DNA of 64,000 nucleotides. Origin: the human T2T-CHM13v2.0 reference genome, Homo sapiens. The position numbers and the translations under genes are program-made. The DNA lies in the NCBI RefSeq assembly GCF_009914755.1, contig NC_060933.1. One strand, 5' to 3'. Within the stretch, counting starts at the first letter, position 1, and each line of letters starts with the position of its first letter. Of the stretch, positions 1 to 13,519 are shown piece after piece. Below the pieces are notes generated by a model. The model saw only the letters and a program-made list of their open reading frames with translations, made no database searches and was not told the DNA's origin.

Positions 1-123
1 TTTTAGTAGAGACGGGGTTTCACCATGTTGGCCACCTGGTCTCGAACTCCTGACCTCAAGTGATCCACCCGCCTTGGCCTCCCAAAGTGCAGGGATTACA
101 GGCATGAGCCACTGTGCCCAGCC
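1..123 (-). mobile_element. Alu (AluS-like), left arm, cut by window edge
   Basis: Reverse complement of the Alu 5' arm. Confidence 0.95.
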
Positions 124-782
124 AAGAGTGTAATCTTAAAGCAGAGAAAAGCAAAACTGAAGCAAAGAAAGGCCTAGAGCCTGTGCCATTACCTCTCTCA
201 CTCCCAGCTTGTTGCTCCTATCGTGGGTCTTGCCATGCCTCTGCAGTGGGGTCAGCTTGTCTCAGATTGCAGGCTACTGGACCATGTTGGCCATGGGTCT
301 TTGGGCCATCAGAATAGACATTTGTACAGTTCTGCCAAGAGAGCAGTATTCCACATAATATTTTGCCTATAGAGATTATGCTTTTTCTTCTTAAAGTCAA
401 AACATTATAAATAATAGCTAAATACTTTGTCTTCTAACAGAACTCTGAAATCCTTGTTTCAGAAGCAACTAAAACAAGGCAAGTAATAAGATTTTGGTTT
501 TCAGAACAGTTTTCTCCTTAGTGGTTACAGTTTACCCTGTTATCACAGAGTACCTGAATAAATTTATTTTATTTAGCTAGTTGACACAGGTTGAAACTCT
601 AGTTCTTTTATTTTTCAGACAGTATAATCAGGATTTGTGGAAATGCAAATCTCCTGTCTTCTGTAAAATATTGCTCTTTTCTTTTTTTCTTTATTTTTTA
701 ATTTTCCCTTTGTGTTTGTAGGCTTTTTCTTCAGGAAATCCTGCACTTACACTAAACTTTGCTGACTACTTTGTCTTACTAG

Positions 783-913
783 GTGCTGATTGGACATATC
801 TCAAAGAAGATGAACAAACAGACTTTCCCTGAGCACTGTAGTTTGTGTAAAGAGATCTTGCCATTCACAGATCGCAAACAGGCAGTCTGTTCCAATGGCC
901 ACATTTGGCTCCG
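783..913 (+). CDS. GTF3C4: GTF3C4 internal coding exon (third from last): VLIGHISKKMNKQTFPEHCSLCKEILPFTDRKQAVCSNGHIWL(R)
   Basis: Acceptor tttgtcttactag|G at 782/783, donor CG|gtaagc at 913/914. 131 nt open frame that splices in frame to 4463; CxxC and CxxxH motifs; peptide recognised as TFIIIC90. Confidence 0.93.
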
Positions 914-1199
914 GTAAGCCATTTTAAAAGTTTCTACTTCTGCTCATTTTTCAGTTTTGTGTAGCACAAACTACTGTATGTGACAGAATAGCAACTTTAT
1001 GCCAGTTATCTGTTGCCCTTGCCAATTTGTTGGAGAAAAGCTGCTATTATAAAGCCTGATGTGGACTTTTTTCATCAGTGTTACTCAAGCAAGTTGGCCT
1101 TTAAAGACAGTTTTTTACTGCTTAATATATAGGAGTTTTCTTGTTTTATTTGTTCATTTTCCTAATTGAACAAATTATGGCTCCTCTTCCTAGCCTCAC

Positions 1200-2548
<1,349 letters not shown>

Positions 2549-2736
2549 TAACAAGATTGTGCTACACGTACCATATTAACTCACCAGTTCTGTTATCAAA
2601 ATGTATGTACATTTTTCTACATCACTACAAAGATAACATTCTTAATGGCTATAGAGGTTTCTAGTGTATGAATGTTTCCTAATTTACCCCCTTATTATAA
2701 TTTGTTTTTTTTCCAATTTGTATTGCATTCCTACAC

Positions 2737-2873
2737 TTTTTTTTTTTTTGAGATGGGGAGATGAGGTCTCACTATGTTGCCCATGGCAGACTCGAACTCC
2801 TGGGCTCCAGTGATCCTCCTGCCTCAGCCTCCTGAGCAGCCAGGACTATGGGCATGTACCACCATGCCTGGCT
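2737..2873 (-). mobile_element. Alu monomer (FLAM-like)
   Basis: Single arm with poly-T; ctacactttt repeated at both flanks. Confidence 0.85.
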
Positions 2874-3299
2874 TCTACACTTTTTCTAATTTGAGTGTTC
2901 AGACTTTTTAAGAGAAAAGAATAGGAAATAAGCTTGTAGTATATTTTAGGTTAGTAATAAAAATAAAAACATATACTGAGTGCTATTAATATGCCAGGCA
3001 CAGTCTAAGCTGTACACACTTATTAAGTTACTATATTATGGTGGTTGTGAAAATAAGTTACTAGGATTACAGGTGTGTGCCATTGCACCTGGCTTTCTGT
3101 TAGTTAAGATTGGGTATAACTACTGTCTTTAAGACTGACAGTACATTGGGGAAAACCCTGACGAATATTGAAGGCAAAATTAATGATGCAAGAAGAGACA
3201 GGACACTAACAAATGTTCACAGGTCCAATTCCATCCAAAGATTATTCATTGAGCCTTTACCAGGGCCAGGCAAATAAGGATAGGTGGAATGTATTTTTG

Positions 3300-3470
3300 C
3301 AACAACCATGTATGGGGAGCATCATGATTACTTTTGTTTTTACAGATGAGGAGATTGGGGCCTGGGGAAGTTAAATAATTTGCCCAAGTCACAATGGTGG
3401 CTTGTGGCATAGCTCAGAACCTGACATTCTGTCTCCAGAAGCCACATGTGTAAGCATTACACATTAATGT
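3300..3470 (-). mobile_element. MIR
   Basis: MIR core ttttacagatgaggagattgggg...gttaaataatttgcccaag. Confidence 0.65.
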
Positions 3471-3978
3471 CTCCTAGATGGGTTCTTTCAGGAAAACTGT
3501 TTTCATTTTTCTTGACTAAAGTTAGGGCTGAAATACCCCAGTATGATTTCTCTAGGTGAGAACCAGTGCTTGCTGTCACTCAGTTGTAATCTTTCTTCCT
3601 AGATATCCAGTTCTTTACTCAAGGTGTGCCTGCCTGGAGTCCCTTCCCCTAACCTCTGCCTGCTTGGAGTCCCTTCCCCAACCTCCTCCTTTGTGTTTTC
3701 TGCTCCTTAGTTGCTCACCTGAAAACTGTTATTTTTTGGGAAACCTTCCCTGCAACCCAGATGTACCCTTTCCCATCTCATTGCATCCCACCTGTCCTTA
3801 TTTGCCTGGCGCTGGTAGATGGTCAGAGAATAATCCTTGGATGGAATTGAACCTGTGAACATTTGTTAGTGTCCTGTCATTTTTTTGCACCATTAATTTT
3901 GCCTTCGATATTCTTCAGGGTTTTCCCCAGTGTACTGTCAGAGTCTTAAAGACACTTTCTAATCTTAACTATTAGAAA

Positions 3979-4116
3979 GCTGGGCCCAGTGGCACATGCC
4001 TGTATTCCCAGCTACTTGGGAGGCTTAGGCAGAAGGATCACTTGAGCTCAGGAGTTCAAGGTTAGGCTGGGCAACGTAGCGAGACCCTGTCTCAAAACAA
4101 CAGCAACAACAAAAAA
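3979..4116 (+). mobile_element. Alu monomer (FLAM-like)
   Basis: Single arm with an A/CAA tail. Confidence 0.85.
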
Positions 4117-4462
4117 CCTAACGAATAATTCTCAATATAATACATGATCAATTTTTAAAAAACAGATCAAGAATTCAAAGTGCGGTCAGGTGTGGACAGA
4201 CTAAATTCTTTTCTGATGCTCAAACAGGAAAACTGCAATCTACCTGGATTAGAACCGTTGTGTCTCTTTGCTAAGCATGGAGTATTGGTTTGGCCAGCTT
4301 TGGTGCACAGGGGGATGCATTGTTATGTGAATGTATGAGTATCATGCTTTCATTTGGTTAATGTGTGGTTTTATGATAACTCTCTGTGATGGAGAAACAT
4401 CAGTTTCTGAGTGTTAGTAGAGCAAACCCTCTCCCTTGCCAATACAGTCTGTCTTCTTTCAG

Positions 4463-4551
4463 GTGCTTCTTAACCTACCAGTCCTGCCAGAGTTTGATAT
4501 ATAGAAGGTGTTTGCTCCATGACAGCATTGCCCGGCATCCAGCTCCAGAAG
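4463..4551 (+). CDS. GTF3C4: GTF3C4 penultimate coding exon: (R)CFLTYQSCQSLIYRRCLLHDSIARHPAPE(D)
   Basis: Acceptor gtcttctttcag|G, donor G|gtgagt. 89 nt, phases 2 and 1 match both neighbouring exons; lies within ORF 4386..4733. Confidence 0.95.
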
Positions 4552-5113
4552 GTGAGTGCTTTCCCTTACTTGGGAGGGTGGGTGGGTGGAACATGCTGGC
4601 AGAGGGCCAGCGCCCCAGAATAACAGTTCTAGTCACACTCTACACTTCTTGGTATTGTGTTGTCGGGGGTTGGGGGTGGGGAGTAGGCCCCTGCTGCTCT
4701 TTACGGTGTTACTGTGAAGCCACAGCTAACTAAAACATGGCCATTGGAATATGTCATATTGAAGTGCTTACTGCATTTAGTATGTAAGTTTGTCTGCGTT
4801 GCTATTCTGTCACTGCAAACAAATTATTCATTCCAAAAAATGTCAGAGCTTGTTTCAGTAGATGACATAGATAGATTATATTTGAATGTAAACTCTGTGG
4901 ATGATACTTTATACGAAGACATTATTGAACCAGTAATAGGATATTCACTTGGAGTCATTCTTCCAGTAGCCATGATGGGTTTTTTTCCTGGTTGGTCTAT
5001 GTGCTCTTTCCTGATAGTTCTAATGTCATCCATTTCTGAGATAACTACCTGGAAATAAGATTGTAGAGTGGGCAGGAATTAGTGATTTAATAATGACGCA
5101 AATGTCAGATTTT

Positions 5114-5157
5114 GTCCTGACGTTAATAACGCACTCTAACCAAGTGAGCTAACTAGG
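5114..5157 (-). pseudogene. Degenerate tRNA-Ile(AAT)-like 5' fragment
   Basis: Minus strand CCTAGTTAGCTCACTTGGTTAGAGTGCGTTATTAACGTCAGGAC aligns to the tRNA-Ile 5' half (GGTTAGCTCAGTTGGTTAGAGCGTG...TAATAACGCCAAGGTC); no T-arm or B box. Confidence 0.5.
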
Positions 5158-6104
5158 TACAGAATATACAATTTTATATGTATTTTGAGGGGAATATTCT
5201 ATTCTCAGCTGAAACAAACAGCATTCTATATAAAACTACATAAATTCTTGAGCTTTGCTCTAAACTGGCAGAAGCTCTCTAATTCTCATAAGTTGGTATG
5301 TTGATACCTTGTGTTCTGTTGTAGCTTTTTATTAGGGAAACAACAATCATACACAAAAGGAAAGAGAAGGGTATAATAAACCACTGTGTGCCCATCACTT
5401 CAGAAATTATTGACTCATGGCCTTTTCTGTTTCATGTGTAGTTCCCTCACCCACCTCCCTCCTCCTGATGGATTATTTTGAAACACATTTTTGGGAACTT
5501 TTAAATTTTTACTGCAATTGATAATGGATATGCTGCTTAGGCAGGAAATCTGGAAGAGATTGAAACTTTAAAAATCTTACCCATTGACTTTGAGTCTAGC
5601 CATTTAAAGCTTTTGAGAAGAATGAGAAGCTACTGGATCTAAGAAGAGCACTGGAGTAGAGTTTTTCATAGATGAAAGACGAGGAGGATTTGACCAGTGT
5701 TGCCGCATTTTTATTTCTCAAGGGCATAGCATTTTTTAAAAATTCCTATTACTGTAATTTTATGAGAGAATATTTTAACATTAACAATGTATGAAGAACA
5801 CATTCTCGGAATATACTCCTTTCTTTAAATTGAATAAATTTAGCTTTATGAAACATTCTTCATTACCCTTATTTTCCTGTTTCATTACATTTAACTTTGT
5901 GAACCACAAGTTTAGTCCAGCCTCATTTGGAATGATAGAAACCGAAGCCCAAAGAAGTGAAGTGCTTTGTCTAGGGATATGTAGCTGGTTTATTGCAGAG
6001 GTGGGACCAGAATGCCCGTCTCTCAACGCTACAGTCCGGTATTCATCCCTTTTGACTGTCTTTTCCGAAGCTAACAGTTGATACCACTTGTCCTCCTTTT
6101 GCAG

Positions 6105-6169
6105 ATCCCGACTGGATTAAGAGGTTACTGCAAAGCCCCTGCCCTTTCTGTGATTCTCCTGTCTTCTAA
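6105..6169 (+). CDS. GTF3C4: GTF3C4 terminal exon, coding part: (D)PDWIKRLLQSPCPFCDSPVF*
   Basis: Acceptor tcctccttttgcag|AT; phase completes GAT; CPFC motif; TAA at 6167-6169. Confidence 0.95.
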
Positions 6170-7258
6170 ATAATCAGTGACGGGAAGATGGAAGGGCATG
6201 ATGAACTCTGCCATAGAAAACTTCCTCCAGCCTGAAGAGAAGGATGCACTGGAGGAAGCCGGACCCTCACGAGTGGAGAGAAGTCCTTGGTGATTGTAAA
6301 GAGGGCCCCTGGAGCTCATTTCTGAATCGCACTCTCCATTTCCAGAGACTAAAGGATGTCCTTTGAAATGGCTGGACTCAGAGAGTTGGAGTCGTTTTGA
6401 GATGAGCATTAGCCCCAGCTTTGTAACCAATGAGGAACACTTACTTATTTTTAAGTATCTTGACAGAAGCAATTTGAACACAGTGTCCCGTCATTTCTAG
6501 AAACAGAATGGTCTCTTCTAGAGAGCTTGGATAAGGACCTTGCTGGGTTGAGTTAGGTTTTAATCCTTGCCTTGGTTTGGAACTGCCTTCGGGCTCCAGA
6601 ACTTAAATTGCTTGGTCCGTGGCATCTGATGTACCAACAGAGATTAAAAGTGTAAAGCAACACATGGGCTGATGTTTTGTTCTCAGAAAATAGCTGCTGG
6701 TCTGCATCCCTCCATTCTTGTTTTTTATGCATATGGAAAACATTTTCCTAAAACTCTATATTCTTAAGTTGAAGCCAAGACTGAAATTTAATGTGTCAAA
6801 TGATCTGGTGACTATTATAATGAATAATTGTGACTTATTTTTCATTCTCTCCTGGGTCATCAGGTTTCCTGACCCAACTCCTTAATCCGTATAAAGATGT
6901 CAAATACTGTAGTTCACCCACGCCACAGCCCTGCTTCAGACTTAACTGTGGTAGCCTAGATGAGCTATTTGTACACAGAGGAAAAAAAGATATTTTCCTC
7001 TTTTAGTAATAAGACTTTCAGTATTTTTAATGTTGACATTTCCAGATGTTTCATTTAGTATCCAGGGGTCTGTCTGGAGACTTCTAGAGAGGGACAGCTC
7101 AGAAGTGAGACCCTTGAGCTCTGGTGCTGTAAACTTGTGCAATTAAGTTGAACAGAGCCTGGGAATTTCTTTCCTCTGCACAGTCCCTTGATATTTGGAA
7201 TCCAGGTTCTGCCCCCAACCCCTACCCACCCAGTGGTCTGTTAAGATGTCTCAGATGG

Positions 7259-7680
7259 GGCTGGGCTTGGTGGCTCATGCCTGTACTCTCAACACTTTGG
7301 GAAGCAAAGGCAGGCAGATCACAAGGTCAGGAGTTCAGCCTAACCAACATGGTGAAACCGTGTCTCTACTAAAAATACAAAAATTAGCCAGGCGTGGTGG
7401 TGCACACCTGTAATCCCAGCACTTTGGGAGGCCGAGGCAGACGGGTCACTTGAGGCCAGGAGTTCGAGACCAGCCTGGGCAATATGGCGAGACCCCGTCT
7501 CTACTAAAAATACAAAAGTTAGCCTGGCATGGTGGCGCATGCCTGTAATCTCAGTTACTCAGGAGGCTGAGGCAGGAGCATCACTTCAACCCAGGAGGCA
7601 GAAGCTGCAGTCAGCCGAGGTGGCACCACTGCACTTCAGCCTGGGCAAGACTGGAGACTGCCTCAAAAAAAGAAAAAAAA
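7259..7680 (+). mobile_element. Three-arm (left-left-right) Alu in GTF3C4 3' UTR
   Basis: Two successive left arms, each ending ctactaaaaatacaaaa, then a right arm and A tail. Confidence 0.9.
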
Positions 7681-8009
7681 TGTTGGTACTTAGATGATAC
7701 CATGACGGCAACCTCCCCACCCCCACCCCGCATTGATAGGTAGTGCAGACCAGCCCTTGGAGGCACTTCTAAACAGTCTGCTCAGAAATGTTTTCTGTTT
7801 CCTATTCAAATTGCTGTTTTGTCTCCTATGTTTAATCATGTATTTGCTATTCTGCTTATTTTTCTCATTTGGTGGTAATTTCAAGAAGAGCGTTTATCCA
7901 CTATTGATTTTCAAGAAAGAAACCAAGCAGCATTGAAATCATGAGTAACAGAATTCAGAACATTGTATGGTGGAAGTCATTTGTGTCTGCAGCTGTTTTT
8001 TCACTTTGC

Positions 8010-8015
8010 AATAAA
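8010..8015 (+). terminator. Candidate proximal polyadenylation signal of GTF3C4
   Basis: AATAAA with upstream TGTA and T-rich context; the downstream element is weak. Confidence 0.35.
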
Positions 8016-11000
8016 TAAGAGTAAAAATTGAGATCATGTCAAAAAATTATTGCAGTTTTAATCATTATGGCATAGTTTCACTTCCCCTCCCCCCATTAGA
8101 ATCAGTGGAGATTTGTTCTTACTAGGGAATTTTGGACTGCTGCCATTTAAAACTTAGGTTTTTATTTAAAGCAGTTGTGCATTTTTGAGAAAATGTATTG
8201 GGAGTAGCTAGAGAGGATCTCCCAAATTTTTTTGTATGTCTCTCTAGGAGTAAACATGGCAACAGTTTTTCTAGAACGTGGACTCACTGCAGGGACTGGA
8301 CCCAATGGCATTGTTAAGACCCTAAAATCTAGCCACCACCTGCCTCCCCCAAGTTTCCACACACCCAGTTGGAAGGCCTTTCCCTGCCCTTGTCCCTGTC
8401 TCACACCCATGGAGGTTAAGCTACAGAGCTGGGGAAACAGGAGATTTTGAGTTAATGGCAGCCTCACAAATAGTGCTTCTGAATTTCTCTGAGGGTCAGC
8501 ATACCTCATGGGAGTGTGTTGCTCAGTGCAACCTTGGAAAAGTGGGAATGGCACCAGACGTTTTTCAGGTGCCTCTTGCAATTCAAACTTACATCCTCTA
8601 TACCGTCCTAAAATTTGCCTGATCTTATTTGGTAGATTTCAAGTTGCTTTCAGCTGTGACCGTAATAACTGTTTCAGGAACTGGAGAAATAGTGGAAGTG
8701 CTATTGCCGCGCTGCATGTAAAGCACAGGAGCAAAGATTCGATACAATTAGACCCTTTAAGCTACAACGTGGTTGCATTTGGGGAGTCTGATACCCACAT
8801 AGGTATCACATTTTCTCTGCCTGGGGTTAATTTGTTCTTATTATTCTAGGTAAGAAATTGATAGCTTGTTATGCTTGGTACTCATTCTGAAATCCCTATG
8901 TGTCCACCAGGCAGACTTCAAGCAATCTCTACCTACTATTATATCTGCCAAAACTACCAATTATTTTTCAATGTCAGAAGTTATTAGAGCCACTGGCAAA
9001 GCTCATGGTTGAATATGACATTTTTCTGCTTTTCCCTCTAAGAAGTTTTTGAGAATGTTAATGTTGAAGTATGCAGGCTGGACCTACCAGCAAGTTTAAC
9101 ACGTTAATTAGGTTAAAAAGAATATTAAAAGGCAATAATTAAATATTTCAATTATTTTGTAATTATAATGGTATCAAATAAGATGCAAAAGAAGTTGATG
9201 CTTATTGGTGCTTAAGAGAATGACAATACTGGTTTTATGAGCATCTTTTCTCTGCAACAGTTAAACTGCCTCAGAGTTTGTGAATTGCTGCAATTCCTGG
9301 AATGGAAACAGGAATTAGGGTCACTGGTTGATTGGCACAGGATCTTTCCATCGTTTCTGCTCCTGACCTCTCTCTCTTGCCTTTCCTTCCCCCAGACACC
9401 CTCTTGGTTTCCATTCCTTTAGTTCCCTCTGCTTTAGAACACAGATTACATGTTGGAAAGAAAAATGGATTAATGGTAAAATTTCTAAAAGCTAAATTGT
9501 ACAGTGGGGTCTCACTTCCTAGAAGAAACTATTGGTAATATTTCTTTCTAAAGGTAATAGTATTAATTGTATCTGGTTTTCTTCAAAACTTAACTATAAT
9601 TTCCTTGTCAGGGTGCTCAGTAGCTCTTGGTTTGACTTTGGGCTAAGGGATGTGAAATTTTAGCTCCTTCCCACCACCTGTTTGCCCTCACTCCCACCCC
9701 CAGCCAATATTCTTCATAAGCAAAAATTATGGTTAAGCTAAGCTGAATGGGTTATATTCAAAGTAAGTACAGACGGCAAATAGGCAGACAAATACAGGAA
9801 TGTCTTTACAATTAGCCCACCATGGACTGTTTGAGTCTCTGCATGGTTTCCATAATTCATTATGATGTATCTTTATGCTCTTTCACTGCTCTTCTGTGCG
9901 TTGGAGTTTAGCAATTCAGTGAGACTGGGGAGTGTCTCAAGAATGGAACCTTTGCCTTCAAGGTTGGGTCATCAAAAATCCCTCTAAAGGATCTAACTGT
10001 AATGAACTGTTTTTATTTTTGCCATTAGTGCAAGTATCAACTGGCAGCCTCAAACAGCTTTAGACTATGTCTCAGGTCTCTCATAGTTATACTTAGAACT
10101 GCTCTTTCTTGAAGCTAAAAGAGGTTTTTGGAGTAAAGATCTGCTTCATGTCTGCTAGCATGGTATCTGCTGTTCAACCTAGTATAGAGCATGTGAAATG
10201 CAACTGTCCTTTAATGGAATTCAGCCAAACTCCAAAAATACTGAGTTGCTTCTAGTTATCTAAAGTAGTACAGAATCACTATCCCGATGAAGAAGTGGGG
10301 TTTTTCAGAAGATTGTAAACTCATTTCCATGGCACAGATACAAATCATCGTCAGGACTTGTTAGCCAGTCCATGTCTCATTGATAGGATGTAGCCTGCCA
10401 TCTGCATAGATGGTTTAACATGGTGCTGTTTTTGAAAACTTGCTGTGGAAATAAATTTGACAGAAGAGTAGTTATTTGTAAAGCTGTCCTAGAAAGAGGT
10501 TAATTCTTTTGGTATATGAATATTTCTCCTCCAATCCTTTTAATTAGGTGGTTCAGCTTATCTTGTATTTTCTGAGTCATAACTATACTCTAGGGCCAAG
10601 ACCTACTATAAAATCTGGGGTCCTAACCAGAGAGTTGTTTAGATCAATATGATATGCTTTGCCAACATGATCTAAGAAGGTATTCATTCTTTCTGGGTTT
10701 GAGAAGAGTTGACGAAAGTGTAAGATTATACTCTCATGCTAAAATAAGGTATAGGCTAAGTGAAATACTGTAAATGGGTTGGTTAGAATTAAAGTTTAGA
10801 ACTCTAAATCTTATGCTTATTTTTAAAGTAAAAAGTTGCCTCACTGTCATGAAATCCTGTTACTTTCATTAAAAAAAAATCCTGTAAAATGGTCAAATTG
10901 GATAATGTAAGAGATAATGATGGCTTTGAGGCATTTCATACTTTACCAGTTTACATTTGGCTAGCAGACTGGTAAGGTTTAGGGTTCTCTCCACTAATGG

Positions 11001-11434
11001 AAAATTAAATGCTAAACGTCCTAAGAATTATGTTGTTTTCAAGGCTTTGACTCAGATTTGTACTTTGATGTATGAAAGTGAATATCAAACTTGTTTATAG
11101 AAAAGACTATATAGAAAAATAAGTCTGTGTTGTGTATAGTGATACATGTTTTATGTTTACCCAATGCCTGTACTAAATCTTGTGCTTGGCTTTGAATTAT
11201 ATATGTGTTTACCTATGACTTTTTTTTGAAATAAACAGAACAGTCATCTAAAAACATAAGGTTTTGGAAAGGAGATGCTTTTTCAATTCTTACCATCTGA
11301 TTAGGTGGAATGTTTTATAGACTTTTGGTGTTGAAAAAAAAAAGTTTGATAACAATGCATTTTGCTTGGAATATCCCCCAATCCAGAAAAGTTGGTGACT
11401 TCTCTCCATTGTATATATGTACATAGTTTTCATT

Positions 11435-11550
11435 ACTAGATTGTAAGCTCCTCAAGGGCAGGAATTGTTTTATCTTTGTTGTTCCTGCAGCACCTAATGT
11501 AAAGTGCCTTGCACAGGGTAGGTGCTCATGACGTGTAGAATGAGTGAGTA
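11435..11550 (+). mobile_element. L2 3' end fragment in 3' UTR
   Basis: actagattgtaagctcctcaagggcagg...gtgccttgcacagggtaggtgctca...gaatgagtgagt. Confidence 0.7.
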
Positions 11551-12148
11551 ACTTCCTGCCTCATCAGGATGAAATGTGGTTCACTTCCCCTGTGTTCAAC
11601 ACTACAAAGCTACTCCTGCCAGAAGAGGGCAGAGTTCTTTCTTGGGTTTGAACTGGCTTTTTTGGGTTGAACCAGATCATCCCACATCCTTAGCACTACT
11701 TAACCTTCTTTTCCTGAAGATTACATATCAGTGTCCTGCGTTTTTATCTAATATTAGAGCTGAGGTTCCTAGGAAAATTTTGAAGTGGGGAAGATTATGG
11801 AGAAAATGAAATGGAAATTTGGGGAGGGTGGTTTGTCAGTATAAGGCCCTGTGGGGTAATCATATTTTAGTTATTACTTGTTAAAAGGGTAACAGAACCT
11901 CTGTTTCTTTACCAAGTCGCTGGTTGGCCATTTCTCCAATTGATGAACTACCATTGGTTTTAGCTCTTTCTCATTTGGGATTCCCCTCAATTGCTTACAT
12001 GATTCTGGTACTTAGAGTCTAATAGAGTTGCTGTGAATATGTAGTGCTGTACATAATGGCAGTTTTGTAAATGTGAGATAACCTTGAATATGTTGTGGTT
12101 TGTATACAGAGCCATTAGTATTGTTATTTTGGCCACTTTTTTATTCAA

Positions 12149-12154
12149 AATAAA
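12149..12154 (+). terminator. Probable distal polyadenylation signal of GTF3C4
   Basis: AATAAA with upstream T-rich and TGTA elements and downstream ttatttgtatagtgcgtgtctgtttt. Confidence 0.65.
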
Positions 12155-12574
12155 TAACATAATTATTTGTATAGTGCGTGTCTGTTTTATGGAGTTGCCA
12201 CGGTTTATAGCAAAGCTTGGAAACCTCTGAAAGCCTGAGCACCCCCAACAAAGTTAAGTAATGCCCGGGCATGGGCAGACAAGGAGGAAAGAGCTCTGTG
12301 AGGGAAGTGTTAGGGAACTGGCCACTAGCAACTACCTCAGAACCAAGTCAGTAAGTCTTAGGTTGTCTATTCCAGAAAAAGGAGGAATGTAAGGGGAAGT
12401 AACAGAGGTTCAGTAATATGTTAGGCCACATGTTCTTAACAATGTCAATTAAATAGTATTTGGTGAGGAAAGTGACCCTGAAAAATATGATCTCTATAAG
12501 CATTATGTATTTGTGAAAAGATGAGAATATACCAGCATTTTTTGCAGATAGTCATCTGTGCTTTTATGGTAGAG

Positions 12575-13100
<526 letters not shown>

Positions 13101-13519
13101 TCCACAAATGAACCCAAACACTGCTCCCTGCCTTGCTTCTATGGTGCCCACCAACAGTTCACATGGATTATTGGTTTGTACAAATCGTCAGTCTTACCTG
13201 AGATTCTCAGCATCACTACACCAGTTACTTTTAACTTTATTAAGACAAGATTTTTAATTTTATCCTTTCCTAAGGAGGACACATGGAATAGACCACTGTA
13301 GTGAATCCTTTCTCTCTTGCAAGTCTGGCTAATTTCAGTCTTCCTCTAAAATTCCCCTTCAGATGAATTGAAGCTAGTCCTCCCATCCATTGGTGTACTT
13401 GAGCTTAATCCAGCCCATCGTTTGAAGTTCATTGAATAAGAAACTTCAAAAAAAAAAGCCAAAGTATTTGTGCTACTCCTATTGTGAGATAATTTAAATG
13501 AAATACTGATTGCAGGGAT

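Larger units (their letters stand above)
6170..12180 (+). other. GTF3C4: GTF3C4 long 3' UTR (distal end inferred)
   Basis: AT-rich, mostly repeat-poor stretch after the stop codon. AATAAA at 8010, 10450, 11230 and 12149, the last followed by GT/T-rich sequence; dense repeats begin shortly after. Confidence 0.65.

Noticed and set aside
4386-4733. Whole 115-aa ORF as coding
   Set aside because: Only 4463-4551 is bounded by splice sites and fits the GTF3C4 frame.
5114-5157. Functional tRNA gene
   Set aside because: No T-arm, B box, 3' acceptor strand or complete cloverleaf.
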